From an uncultured delta proteobacterium (GTDB taxonomy: Bacteria > Desulfobacterota > WTBG01 > CAIYCZ01 > CAIRTM01), in NCBI GenBank assembly GCA_963804955.1, contig CAWDSQ010000008.1, positions 64,001 to 128,000 on the forward strand: 64,000 nt of DNA, given 5' to 3'. The notes below the pieces were generated by a model. It worked only from the letters and a program-made list of their open reading frames with translations. It did no database searches and was not told the DNA's origin. The position numbers were made by a program, and so were the translations under genes. This document shows, in pieces, positions 30,065-44,088 of the stretch (position 1 is its first letter; each line of letters opens with the position of its first letter).

Positions 30065-31024
30065 TTAGTTATCGCAGACATTACCAATGCCATCGTGGTC
30101 CCGATCTTTTTGCGACATCCTGCAAAAGTTCCACCAGGCGCCCGCGCACTCACTTTTGCCTGTGCATGGTCCGCCCGAAACACAGGTTCCCAGCAGTGGT
30201 CCATTCGGCGTATCCGGGCAATTGTCTTCTGCATCATCAATGCCGTCCTGGTCTGCATCAGCATATGCACTATCAGTAAACACCGCAGTAGGATATTCAC
30301 GCTTCAGAGCGTTAAATCCTTTTCTGCCGGCTATATAGTACACGGTAAAACCGCTTGCGCCGCCTGCGAAAACGAATTCTCCCATCTTCGGCGCATTTCC
30401 GTAAAAATACGCGCCTTCCAGGACGGCGCAATCAGCAAATGCCTCATCCCACATGCGGGTAACGCTGGCAGGAAGGGTAACTCTGGCCAGACCGGAGCAC
30501 TTCGCAAACGCAAACTCCCCAATTGTTTTAATGCTGGCAGGGAAGGTCACGCCGGTTAAGCCGGCAGAGCCATAAAACGCCCATAGAGCAATGTTCGAAA
30601 CGCTGTCAGGTATGGTGAATTCACCGGATTTTCCGGCAGGATAGGTAATAAGCGTTGTTTTATTTTTATTGTAAAGAACGCCCGTCAAGCTGCTATAGGC
30701 AGTGTTGTCAGGGGCAACAGCTATGCTGGTCAAACCGGTGCAATTCGAAAATGCATAATCCCCGATTTTTGAAACGCTGCCAGGGATGACAACGCTCGTT
30801 ATACCGGTGTCTGCAAATGCTGCAAAACCAATGCTCTCAACCGGCATACCGTCTATAGCAGGTGGAATAACAACAGCCCCGCCGACGCCGTCATAGCACA
30901 TGATTTTGATAGCGCCGTTAAATTCTTCATAATAAAAATCCCCATCCTGCTGTGCAAAAGCAGACGAGCACAAAAACACAAACCCGATTAATGACACAAT
31001 ATATGTTGCTTTTCTTATCTTCAT
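30065..31024 (-). CDS. BspA-like LRR_5 surface protein with signal peptide and thrombospondin type-3-like repeats
   Basis: IG..AF..C..L..V.IP repeats; DADQDGIDDAEDNCP; AGGAGG SD. Confidence 0.88.
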   Translation of the reverse strand: MKIRKATYIVSLIGFVFLCSSAFAQQDGDFYYEEFNGAIKIMCYDGVGGAVVIPPAIDGMPVESIGFAAFADTGITSVVIPGSVSKIGDYAFSNCTGLTSIAVAPDNTAYSSLTGVLYNKNKTTLITYPAGKSGEFTIPDSVSNIALWAFYGSAGLTGVTFPASIKTIGEFAFAKCSGLARVTLPASVTRMWDEAFADCAVLEGAYFYGNAPKMGEFVFAGGASGFTVYYIAGRKGFNALKREYPTAVFTDSAYADADQDGIDDAEDNCPDTPNGPLLGTCVSGGPCTGKSECAGAWWNFCRMSQKDRDHDGIGNVCDN

Positions 31025-31336
31025 ATACCCTCCTGAAAAAATATTTTTTACGCTTTTCCGAAAACTGATCAACAAGCTCTGCCCGCGTTACAATGGGGTG
31101 CAAGCCTGGCGCCGCTCCTGTGCATGTATCTGTTTGCTGTGCTGTCACGTTGGTTCCATAACTACCCCTGTTTGAAGGTTTTCGTCACTGTGTACCGCTC
31201 ATGTACTGCAGCTAATCCATTTCAAGAACGATGCCATGCGATAAAAAATTATTCCGGAATAAAAACCCCCATGAATTCAGCAGATTACACGGTTGCCCGT
31301 ATACAGAATTCTGAAATGACGCTGAACGGCTCTGTG

Positions 31337-34448
<3,112 letters not shown>

Positions 34449-34454
34449 TACGAG

Positions 34455-34775
34455 GTTAGAGGTTCAAAAGTTCAAGGTGCAAGTGGTCACCGGCGGATGC
34501 TCCGGCATCTCCGCCTTCCTCGCCTGATGGGAGGACCCGAGGGAGAGGGAATTAAATTTTTCAATGATTCAAGATTGCTGATTCAAGAAGAATAATTTAA
34601 GATTCCGGATTCAGATTTCAAGATAAGATTCACTGATTTAACGGTGGATATGTTTGCCACCTCAATGTTGAATTTTGAACTTTCTTGTCTTCGTCTTGAA
34701 TCTAGATTATGAATTTTGAATCTTACTGCTTTCCATCTTCAATCTTGAATCTTGAATCAGCAATCTGGAATCTCA
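34455..34775. repeat. Inverted GATTCAA/TTGAATC arrays with conserved loop; degenerate DUF559-type palindrome
   Basis: Direct reading. Confidence 0.85.
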
Positions 34776-37700
34776 TTAACCGAACTGACGGGCGCCGGCA
34801 CCGCGACCCTGTGGCCCGCAAATTTGAGAACGGCAGTTAAAAATGTCCGTTTTTTTAAACGGTTTTGTCAAATGAGCATCGCAGCCCGCATCAAGGCTTT
34901 TTTGCACATGCTCCCCGAGCGCATGGGCTGTCAAAGCGATGATGGGCGTGGGCGCTCGTCCCAGCTCACTCTCCCATCGGCGTATCTCTCTGGTTGCGCT
35001 GTAGCCGTCCATGACCGGCATCTCCATATCCATAAATACGATGTCATATTTGCCCGTTTTGAATTTATCAACGGCAATGAGTCCGTTTTCTGCCATGTCA
35101 ATATGACATGCAGTATTTTTAAAATACACCCTGATCAACATGCGGTTATCTTCATTATCATCGACAAGCAGAATTCTGGCACTCAGCGGCGCCATGGTCG
35201 CCTCATCAGGTCTTGAGCGCAATCGACTGTTGTGCCGGCCGATGCAATGATGCCTGCCCAGCACTGCCTGCACAGCCTCCCGCAGTTCAGCCCGTTTAAT
35301 CGGTTTGACGAGATATCCCTGGATACCCAGCTCCTTGACTCTGGCAATATCGCCGCGTCGATTATCCGGAAGTCAGCACCATAACCGCTACGGCCTGCAT
35401 GACGGATCTTTCTGGATTTCAGCGGCCACGGTAAACCCGTCCATACCGGGCATACGCACATCCAGCAGCACGAGGTTAAACGGCGCTCTGGTCTTCTTCT
35501 GCTTTTTTGAGAAGCCTGAGAGCAGTGGCCCCGTCTTCTGCTTCAACGACCTCAAAGCGCTCCAGTGCTGTCATTAACTTACGCAGAATAAGCCTGTTGG
35601 TTGCCGTATCATCGACGATAAGAGTTTTTAACCCTTTGATATCCGCCCGGCCACGGCAGTCACCGCGTCGTCACAGGGCTGTTTTTCAAACGTGGCGGTA
35701 AAGCAGAATGTGCTGCCGCTGTGCTCAACGCTCTCAACCCAGATGCGGCCGCCCATCAAATCGACAAGCTGCCGGGATATGGCAAGCCCCAGACCCGTGC
35801 CGCCAAAACGCCGCGTGGTGGTTGAATCGGCCTGCGTGAAGCGGTCGAAAATCAGATCGAGTTTGTCCGGGCGGTATGCCGATGCCCGTATCGTGAACAG
35901 TGAACAGCAATTTCTGTTCTTCCGGAACTCCGCCGACTGAATCAGCTGGCGCTGCTTTTTCAACTTTCACGAAAATTTCGCCTGTTTCGGTGAATTTTAC
36001 CGCATTGCCGATCAGATTGATTATAATCTGCCGCAGGCGGGTTGGGTCGCCGATAAGGTTTGCCTCTACATCTTCAGCAACAAAACCATTCAGTTCGAGC
36101 CCTTTTTTATGCGCTCGCATGGCCATGACTTCGCAGGTTTTTTCAATAAGGTCGGTCAGGTTGAAATCGGTTTTTTCAAGCTCAATCTGCCCGGCCTCAA
36201 CCTTTGAAAGGTCAAGGATGTCATTAATAAGCGTCAGCAGATTTTCTCCGGCGTTCTTGAAAACCTGCACGTACTGCTGCTGCTCGCTGTCAAGCTGCGT
36301 GTCAGACAGCAGCTCGGCCATGCCGATAATGGCGTTCATGGGCGTGCGGATTTCATGGCTCATGCTGGCAAGAAATTCGCTCTTGGCGATATTGGCGGCC
36401 TCAGCTGCCTCACCGCGCCAGGCGCATTTGCTCTTCGTGCTGTTTGCTCTCGGTAATGTCAAGCAGAATACTGGCAACCTGCCGCCGGTTTCGTTTTCGT
36501 CAAATTTATTACGTGACACTCCCGAACATGGCGTATTTCTCCGCCGGGGCGAATGATCCGGAACTCCATATCAATTGAAGAGGGGTCCGCTTCGTTTATA
36601 CTGTTCCATGCAGTCAGTGAAAGATCGAAATATCGTCGGGGTGAAGTACCGGACAAATTCGGAAAAACCCAGAGGACTGCCCATCGGCAGGCCCAGAATG
36701 CGGTAGATTTCATCGGACCAGCGCATTTCCTGCGTGGCGATCATAAAAATCCCGGTGCCCATATGGGCTATCTGCTGGGCTTCGGTCAGAAGACTTTCGG
36801 TTTCGTGCAGCGCCGCTTCCACTCGCCTGCGCTCGGCAAGCTCAACCTTCAGAGCTTCTTCGGCAACCTTGCGCTTCGTGATATCAACAATGGCAACAAC
36901 GAGATGGCTGCGGCCATTAACAAACGCAGGCTCGACACTCACCAGCAGCCACGGCTGATGTTCCATGCCGTTCAGCAGCAGGTGGGTTGTATTTCAGCCC
37001 CATGCACCGACCTGTCGGTTGTTAAGACCGCCATGATCGCACTTCTCAGCGAACAAAGCCGGCAGGCGGGTGAAAAACCGCATCCCCTTGCATCCTCAGC
37101 ACTATGGATGCATCCCAGTCCGGCGCCGATGGGCTGCTGCAAAAGATCAGCGGGCTCTTTGCCTATCATTCGGGCGATTACGGCATTGGCATTCGTAATA
37201 ACCAGGTTTTCGTCAAGCAGCAGCATGCCCACGGGTGATGATGCAGAAAATGGCTTTGAGATTATCCTTTTCCGTTTGCAGCGATTTTTGCGCAATTTTG
37301 CTCTCGGTGATGTTCTGAAATACCGTGGCAAACTGGCCCGGCCCCACCTGAAAAGCATTGATGGTGTAATAGCAGCTGCTGCTGTTCGACAAACTGCTCG
37401 AAGGCAACAGGCTCGCCGGTGAGGGCTACTTTACCGTATGTTTCTATCAGCTGTCGAGCCCTTGACATGGGGATAGACGTCCGTAACGCGTTTGCCCAGC
37501 ACATCGGCTATGCGCAGCCCGGTGTGCGTTTCAAAGGCAGCGTTAGCCTGCAGAAAAACATAGTCGATTGGTTTGCCCTGCTCATCGACTATTATTTTAT
37601 GAATGGCAACGCCGGACAGGGCATTGTCAAACAGGCCGCGAAACAGCGTTTCGCTTTCATGCACACGAGCAAACGCCGCGCCGAGTTGCTGCTCTGCCGT

Positions 37701-39359
37701 GCCGGTGAGCGACCAGAGCAGCATCAGCGCACCGCTGAGCAGCCCCGCGGCAAGCGCCAAGATTCAGACAACAGCCGCGCTGCGGGTGGCTCGGCTTCTG
37801 CGGTTATATCCCGCATGATGATGAGCGATGCGACCTGCGCGGCCTGCGGCATCAGGCAGATGAATGATGCCGCAGGTAAACCATTTGCCTCCCTGCCGGG
37901 CGGAAAAACTGTTGCTAGAGGGAACCGCGCTAAAATCTTGCGCCAGCAAGCGGCCCACCTCATCGGGCAGGCCGCGTCTGTCTGGTAGGGTGCTACTACA
38001 AGGGGATAGTCGTTCCAGCGGCCGGAGAAGCCGAAAGTCTTCCGGGCAGGCCTCGAAGTGCTTCGCGGTTGTAAAAGTCTTTCCGAACGACAGGTAGCAA
38101 TTCGTTGTTCATATCGCGCGGCCAGCTGCTCCGTCATATGCTCGATTTCCATGCCCAGTTCAAGGTAGCCTGATAAGCTTGCCCTGAAGGCGGACGGGCG
38201 AACATACCGCAGCGTAAAAGATCCCAGTGGCCCCGCTCAGATTCCCCAGGCATCAGCGTCCGTTGCTGCGCCGTTACCAGGGTGAAACGCTCGATACGGT
38301 CGCCTCGCCGGTCGGGCTGATGGGCTCGCAGGAAGCAGGTTCGATCGGGCTCTATGAAGTAACAGTGGTGTTATCGTATGATTTTCCTTAAGGAGCAAAT
38401 GCCGGCTGCGCCAGGCGTAAGGGCTGTCAGATCGCGGGTCTGAAAGCCTTCAGCAAATCAGCGTTGCTTTCATAGGTCGATCTGTCGCTTTCAGAAGCTG
38501 ACATTTGAGTCGATGCTGCGGTTCAGTCTGCTTCTGGCCTGGTCCAGCATGGCGATCATGTTGCGATGTGGCATCTGCTTGAATTCGCGGTGGCCATAGA
38601 ATGAGATAAGCAGTACTGCCGCCAGTATAACCAGAGCAGCGGGCATGATGATCCAGCGCCTGAGCTTGAGCCTGTCGGGAGTAATGTTCCGGTTGCGGCG
38701 GTGTATGATAAAAGCCCCGGAGGCAAGCAACAAGCAGCAGCGCTACGAGTCATCAGGACGGGATTGCGGCGTACGGCGGTCAGTCGGGCGTGCCAGTCTG
38801 CGGCCGGCACATCAATACCGACTACCATCAACACGCTGCCGCTATTCGGGGATCAAGCACCGGGGTCAAGGCTGAAATAAAGACGCCGTATTTATCAGTG
38901 TAGGGCCGACCGCGGCAGGTTTTCCGGTTTGCAGCACCTGCCAGCTTTCAGGGGTGGGCTTATCGTACACCGCTCCGGGCGGGCTGGCCATGGGGTCGCT
39001 TTCGGGATAGCTTTCCGGGCCGAACACTATTTTGCCATTGCGCACCGCCATGCTGTAAATACCGCGCTGCGAGCCGGTTTTGCCTGCAGCGATCATCTGT
39101 TGGCGGATATGTTCAAAAGCAGGAGGCCTTTGTCGGCTGCGGTGAAGGTAAGCTTGCGGGCAAGCTCCGGGTTGATGGTTCGGCTGATGTCGTCAACCTG
39201 CCTGAGCAAGTGCTCACGCATTTCGGCGTCAAGGCGTCTGGCAGCGGTTTCACCTGCCCACCAGCCAAAGGCAAGCAGCAGCCCAAGCAGCGCCGACATG
39301 AGCAGAGCATAGAGTACGTTTCTGCCGGCGAACCATTTTTTTGTCTGCGTGTCGGGCAT
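34776..39359 (-). CDS. Large membrane hybrid kinase (TM/periplasmic-PAS x3-HisKA-HATPase-REC-REC), heavily frameshifted
   Basis: Fragments include [12 protein letters not shown] (35734-36519), GGTGLGL (35628-35963) and REC (34776-35273). Confidence 0.7.
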
Positions 39360-39597
39360 GAGGATGCTCTTTAAACAAATTCAAAATTCAGGATTCAATA
39401 ATGTATTTTCATTGTTCATGGTTTTTAATTAATGGTTAATGCCTGATTAACCCTCCTGATCCCTCCCACCGGAGGATCAGAACAAATTCTAGGCATACTC
39501 CGGTGAACCCCAACGTTTTTAACCTTGAACTTTTAACCTGAACTGCTCCTAACTCCGAACTCCACGGGGCATGACGCGCCTCTCCAACTTCCGCCCG

Positions 39598-42248
39598 TCA
39601 TGCCGCACCAAGCTGCCTGCGATGCGCACCCAGGGCTTTTCTAACTTTAAACAGCAGCACTTCTTTGTTAAGGGGCTTGTGCATATAGTCTTCCGCGCCC
39701 AGCTCCAGCCCCTTGATTTCGTCCTCCGGCCCCGTGCTGCCGGTTACCAGGATTACGGGGGCATGCAGACCTTTCTGGCTGAGCATCTCCAGCAGTTTGT
39801 ATCCGTCGAGATTGGGCATATTAATGTCTGAGATAATCAGATCATAAGACTTCTGACCGAGAGCAAGCAGGGCATCAATGCCGTCGCCTGCGCAGGTGAC
39901 TTTGTACCCTGCCTGCGTGAGAAAATGCTCCATCAGAGTCTGTGAGCCCTCATCGTCATCAACCAGCAGTATTGATTGTGACGTATCGCCGGCATCACGG
40001 ACAATATGCAATGCAGGCGCCTCTGGGTTCTGGTTTTTTCGCGGGGGCTGCCTTGACGTTTGATTCTTCCAGAAGAACTTTTTCATAGACATCGCTCAGC
40101 GCAAATGTGTGATTGCACACTTTTTCAAGGGCATGCGTGCTTATCAGATAATCGCCCCGGCTGCGCATAAACTGCCTGATATCGTCAATCGATGCACCCT
40201 CACGCACCATGTCTGCGATCTGGGGATCGAATTTTATTATTTCATATACTCCTTCCCGGCCGGAATACCCGGTATTGCGGCAGGCATCACAGCCTTTGGG
40301 ACGGGCGAGCATATCCGGAGGGGCGTCGGTCAACCCGGATAAGAGCTGGCGCTCCTCCGGAGAAACAGGGGTTATGACTTTGCAGTGGTCGCACAGTTTT
40401 TTAATAAGCTGCTGGGCAACGATACCGGTAATGGAATCGGCCATGGCTCCCCGGCTGACGCCCAGCCTCTCAAGCCTGAAAATGGTTGTGGTGGCATTTG
40501 ATGAATGAATAGTTGATATGGCAAGATGGCCTGTGCTGGCAAAATCCATGGACATCCTGGCTGAAAAGGAATCGCGCACTTCTCCCAGATACAGAATATC
40601 AGGGTCCTGGCGCACGCATGACTTCAAAACCGCCTCAAAGGTCACGCCGGCCTTTTCATTTACCTGCTGCTGGTTGGCAAACGGTATCTTGTATTCAACG
40701 GGATCCTCAACCGTCATGAGGCTTCGCGTCCGGCAGTCGATATGCGCAAGCAGGCTGTAAATGGTCGTGGTCTTGCCCGATCCTGTCGGCCCGACGATGA
40801 GAATCAAACCGCTGTGGCGCTGCGCAAGCTCTATCAGCGTAGCGGTCTGCAGCTGGGTCATGCCGAGTTCAGTCAGCGACCGTGCCTGCGCCTCGGGGTC
40901 AAGCAGCCGCATCACCAGGCTTTCTCCATGGGGTGTTGATGTCGTGGCCAGCCGCAGTTTAAACGTCCGGTTGTCAATTTGTATCTCAACAGCGCCGTCC
41001 TGCGGCTTTCTCCTTTCGGCAATATCAAGCCTCCCCAAAACCTTCAGCCGCGACAGAAGCCTGACGCCCGTTTCGCTGTCAATGTCTATATAGTCACGCA
41101 TATCGCCATCGACACGGAAACGAACAACGGTTTTATTATCTTTGGGCTCTATATGTATATCGCTTGCCCGCCCATAGGCGGCCGCGCTGAAAATTCCGGT
41201 TGCAAGATCGGCGATCATAGTATCATCTTCAGCTTTTCCGGCCTGCAGCAGCTCCGTTTCGGGCAGCGATGCGGCATTACCGGAAGAGTCGTTGTATGAC
41301 TGCATGACAGGATTATTTTTTCCGGCCTCCGCCTGTTGCAGGAGCGGGCCCGGGGAGGAGGGGGCGCTGCTTTGCTGCTGCGCCGTTCTCATGACGGGAA
41401 TTTTTTTCCGCTTCGACCTGTCGAAAATTCCGATAATCGTATCCGGCTCGGTCACGGCAAACCGGGTCAGCTGATCAACGCCCTTAACCTTTTTCATTGT
41501 GTCTTGCAGCGTCCAGTCGAAGGGATTGCTGAGAATAAAGTTCACCCCGCAAACGGATTCGTCTACCGCCAGTATGAGGTTTGATTTTGAAAATGCCGCC
41601 GGAATGACACCGATGCGGATAATCTGGGTTCTGACATACGGGACATAGGGGACATTCAAAAATTCGGCAAACAGCTTTGCCATGTCTTCATGCTCAAATT
41701 CGAAGTCATGGGCTGCTTGATACAGCTGCAGAGCCGGAACCTGCATCCAGCGGATTTTTTTTTCAGGTGAAAACTGAAATTTTTTTGCAACAAACTCCTT
41801 GAACTCAAGAAACTCCGAGGGCTGTGCTTCCTTCTTGATATGCGGCTCCCTGAGCTGCTGCCATTTTACGTTTCTTTCCAGCTGGAGCCGGATTTTGTGC
41901 AGCAGCGGGTTCAGATGAAACGGCTTGGTTAAAAAATCAGCTCCACCGGCTGCAAAGGCCTTTTTTTTGTCCTGCTCGCTGTTTTTTGATGTCACGAACA
42001 CAACGGGAATATATGCCGTTAGCAGGATCTTTCTGCAGCTGCAGGCACACCTCATAGCCGTTCAACCCGGGCATTTCAACATCAAGCACGATTACATCCG
42101 GCTGATTGGCCGTTGCCAGCTGGATGCCCCGCCGGCCCTCGCTGGCGGTCATTACCTCGTAATTGCCGTGCTTCAGAAGGTATTGCAGCAGACTGAGCGT
42201 ATCGGCATCATCATCAATACACAGAATCAATGGTGTTTTATTTTCCAT
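39598..42248 (-). CDS. GspE/PilB-family ATPase with N- and C-terminal receiver domains (two apparent frameshifts)
   Basis: ASDIHIEP, Walker A GPTGSGKTT, TVEDPVE, RQDPD..YLGEVRD, GHL..STIH, CDHC/CDAC; REC in ORFs 41937-42254 and 39598-40092. Confidence 0.8.
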
Positions 42249-42570
42249 AGACAACCGTCACCCTCTGCAGGTATTCGACAAAATCTTTAACAGCTGTGCG
42301 AATTCCCTGCAGATTCAAAGCTTTTGCAGACTCCTCCAGAGCGCTTCCGATAAAGGTAAGCCGCTCGAATCCATAGCTTCCGCCGGAGCCTTTGAGACTG
42401 TGGCCGATAATGCGGATCGGCTCATAATGCTCCTGCTGTAATTCCTCAGTAATAATTTTCACATCCTTTTCCCGGTTTTCAAGATAGTGCGGGATCAGAA
42501 ATTCCAGATCAGGATCAATGATCACAGGGATAGGCTCCTCACCGCTTTTTCCCTCTTTATAGCTTGCCAT
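42238..42570 (-). CDS. Stand-alone Hpt domain protein
   Basis: IGHSLKGSGGSYGF motif; GGAGG SD. Confidence 0.88.
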   Translation of the reverse strand: MASYKEGKSGEEPIPVIIDPDLEFLIPHYLENREKDVKIITEELQQEHYEPIRIIGHSLKGSGGSYGFERLTFIGSALEESAKALNLQGIRTAVKDFVEYLQRVTVVYGK

Positions 42571-42623
42571 AAGCACCTCCATGTTTTTTTACTGATGTTG
42601 CGCACTGCTTTGCTTCTACTGAT

Positions 42624-42773
42624 TTCAAGTATGATGCCATAGCAAACAGATACTGAAAAAAAACAAAAAGTAAAAAAAATCAGGCGGTTACAATAATCTG
42701 TCGAGGAGTTCCCTGCTCAAGGTGCTTATTGGAAGTGTGCTTTGGCACAAAATGGTACGGCACAGGTTGCGCC
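42624..42773 (-). promoter_or_regulatory. Putative sigma-54 promoter (42624-42639), IHF-like site (42678-42690) and upstream site (42744-42773)
   Basis: TGGCATCATACTTGAA; AATCAGGCGGTTA; GGCACA-N18-TGCGCC. Confidence 0.65.
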
Positions 42774-42949
42774 ATAACGTGACAGAGCAAAGCCTGAGGA
42801 ATTATAGGTCTTCGGGCTTTTTATATCCCGCAACAGGCTTGAGTTTCTGGAGAAACATCCTGCCATGATCGTGCTGCACGGGGGGGGGTAGGGGCAGCTT
42901 CTGCCAACCAGACAGCAAAGCAGCAGCTGTTTTTATAGAAGACTTGAAT

Positions 42950-43128
42950 GATGCCGCCGTAAAAAGCCCCAGCGGTTGTCAATGACAGTACCTTGCTGAT
43001 TTTAAAGTGCTTTGCCTTTGCGGACACCACACTGTGTCATTGCGGGCCGCAGGCCGTGGCAATCTCACTAAGCCGGATTGCTTCACTTCGTTCGCAATGA
43101 CAGTTTTTTGACTTTTTACGACTTCATC
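42950..43128. mobile_element. Longer copy of the 14616 MITE carrying a TGTCATTGCG...CGCAATGACA palindrome
   Basis: Same termini GATGCCGCCGTAAAAAG / ACTTTTTACGACTTCATC. Confidence 0.75.
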
Positions 43129-43536
43129 CTGAACAGTTCTTGAAAGAAGAAATTTTTAAAGCAGGTTGGATTAATCCGCTCCGGCGGAACAACCAAATCT
43201 AAGCCGACCCCGGAACAGGTATGCTTGAAGGTTTCCCTGCAACCACTGCACCGTAAAATTCGCCTGAACCAGCCTCATGTCTATGAAGTTAAAGATCAAG
43301 GGGAGCCAGGTCTTTGATTCTTTCCTTTAGGAGCATTGAGCAGCCTAGGCGTGCGGTAAAAATCCCCACAAGTATAAGGCAAGCAACAAACACACGCCAA
43401 AAGGTGCGATATCATTGAGAAGTACAATAAAGAAATCCGGGTCTCGAAATTGATGGAGCATTTTCATGATTGTCAGGCCTCCTTGTCCTTTTTAAAACTA
43501 TCCGCAAGCATATCGGTTGTTTTTGTTACGGGCATT

Positions 43537-43869
43537 TTATTTTCCATAGACAACCGTCACCCTCTGCAGGTATTCGACAAAATCTTTCACAGCTGTGCGA
43601 ATTCCCTGCAGATTCAAAGCTTTTGCAGACTCCTCCAGAGCGCTTCCGATAAAGGTAAGCCGCTCGAATCCATAGCTTCCGCCGGAGCCTTTGAGACTGT
43701 GGCCGATAATGCGGATCGGCTCATAATGCTCCTGCTGTAATTCCTCAGTGATAATTTTCACATCCTTTTCCCGGTTTTCAAGATATTGCGGGATCAGAAA
43801 TTCCAGATCAGGATCAATGACCACACGGATAGGCTCCTCACCACTTTTTTCCTCTTTATAGTTTGCCAT
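43537..43869 (-). CDS. Second, near-identical Hpt protein (duplication 42236-42795 / 43535-44087)
   Basis: Near-identical protein plus shared upstream region. Confidence 0.88.
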   Translation of the reverse strand: MANYKEEKSGEEPIRVVIDPDLEFLIPQYLENREKDVKIITEELQQEHYEPIRIIGHSLKGSGGSYGFERLTFIGSALEESAKALNLQGIRTAVKDFVEYLQRVTVVYGK

Positions 43870-43917
43870 AAGCACCTCCATGTTTACTGATGTTCGAACT
43901 GTTTTGCTTCTACTTAT

Positions 43918-44066
43918 TTCAAATATGATGCCATAGTAAAAAAAATATCGAAAAAAATAATAACAACAAAAATCAAATGGTTACAATAATCTATCGCAAG
44001 GTTCCCTCCTCAAGGTGCTTATTGGAAGTGTGCATTGGCACAAAAGGGTACAACACAGTTTGTGCC
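43918..44066 (-). promoter_or_regulatory. Putative sigma-54 promoter (43918-43933), IHF site (43971-43983) and upstream site (44037-44066)
   Basis: TGGCATCATATTTGAA; AATCAAATGGTTA matches WATCAANNNNTTR; GGCACA-N18-TGTGCC. Confidence 0.65.
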
Positions 44067-44088
44067 ATAACGTGAAAGAGCAAGCCTT

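Noticed and set aside
31135..31150. 16-mer TGCTGTGCTGTCACGT shared with ~56679-56694, both upstream of genes
   Set aside because: A single 16-bp match in 64 kb is near chance expectation
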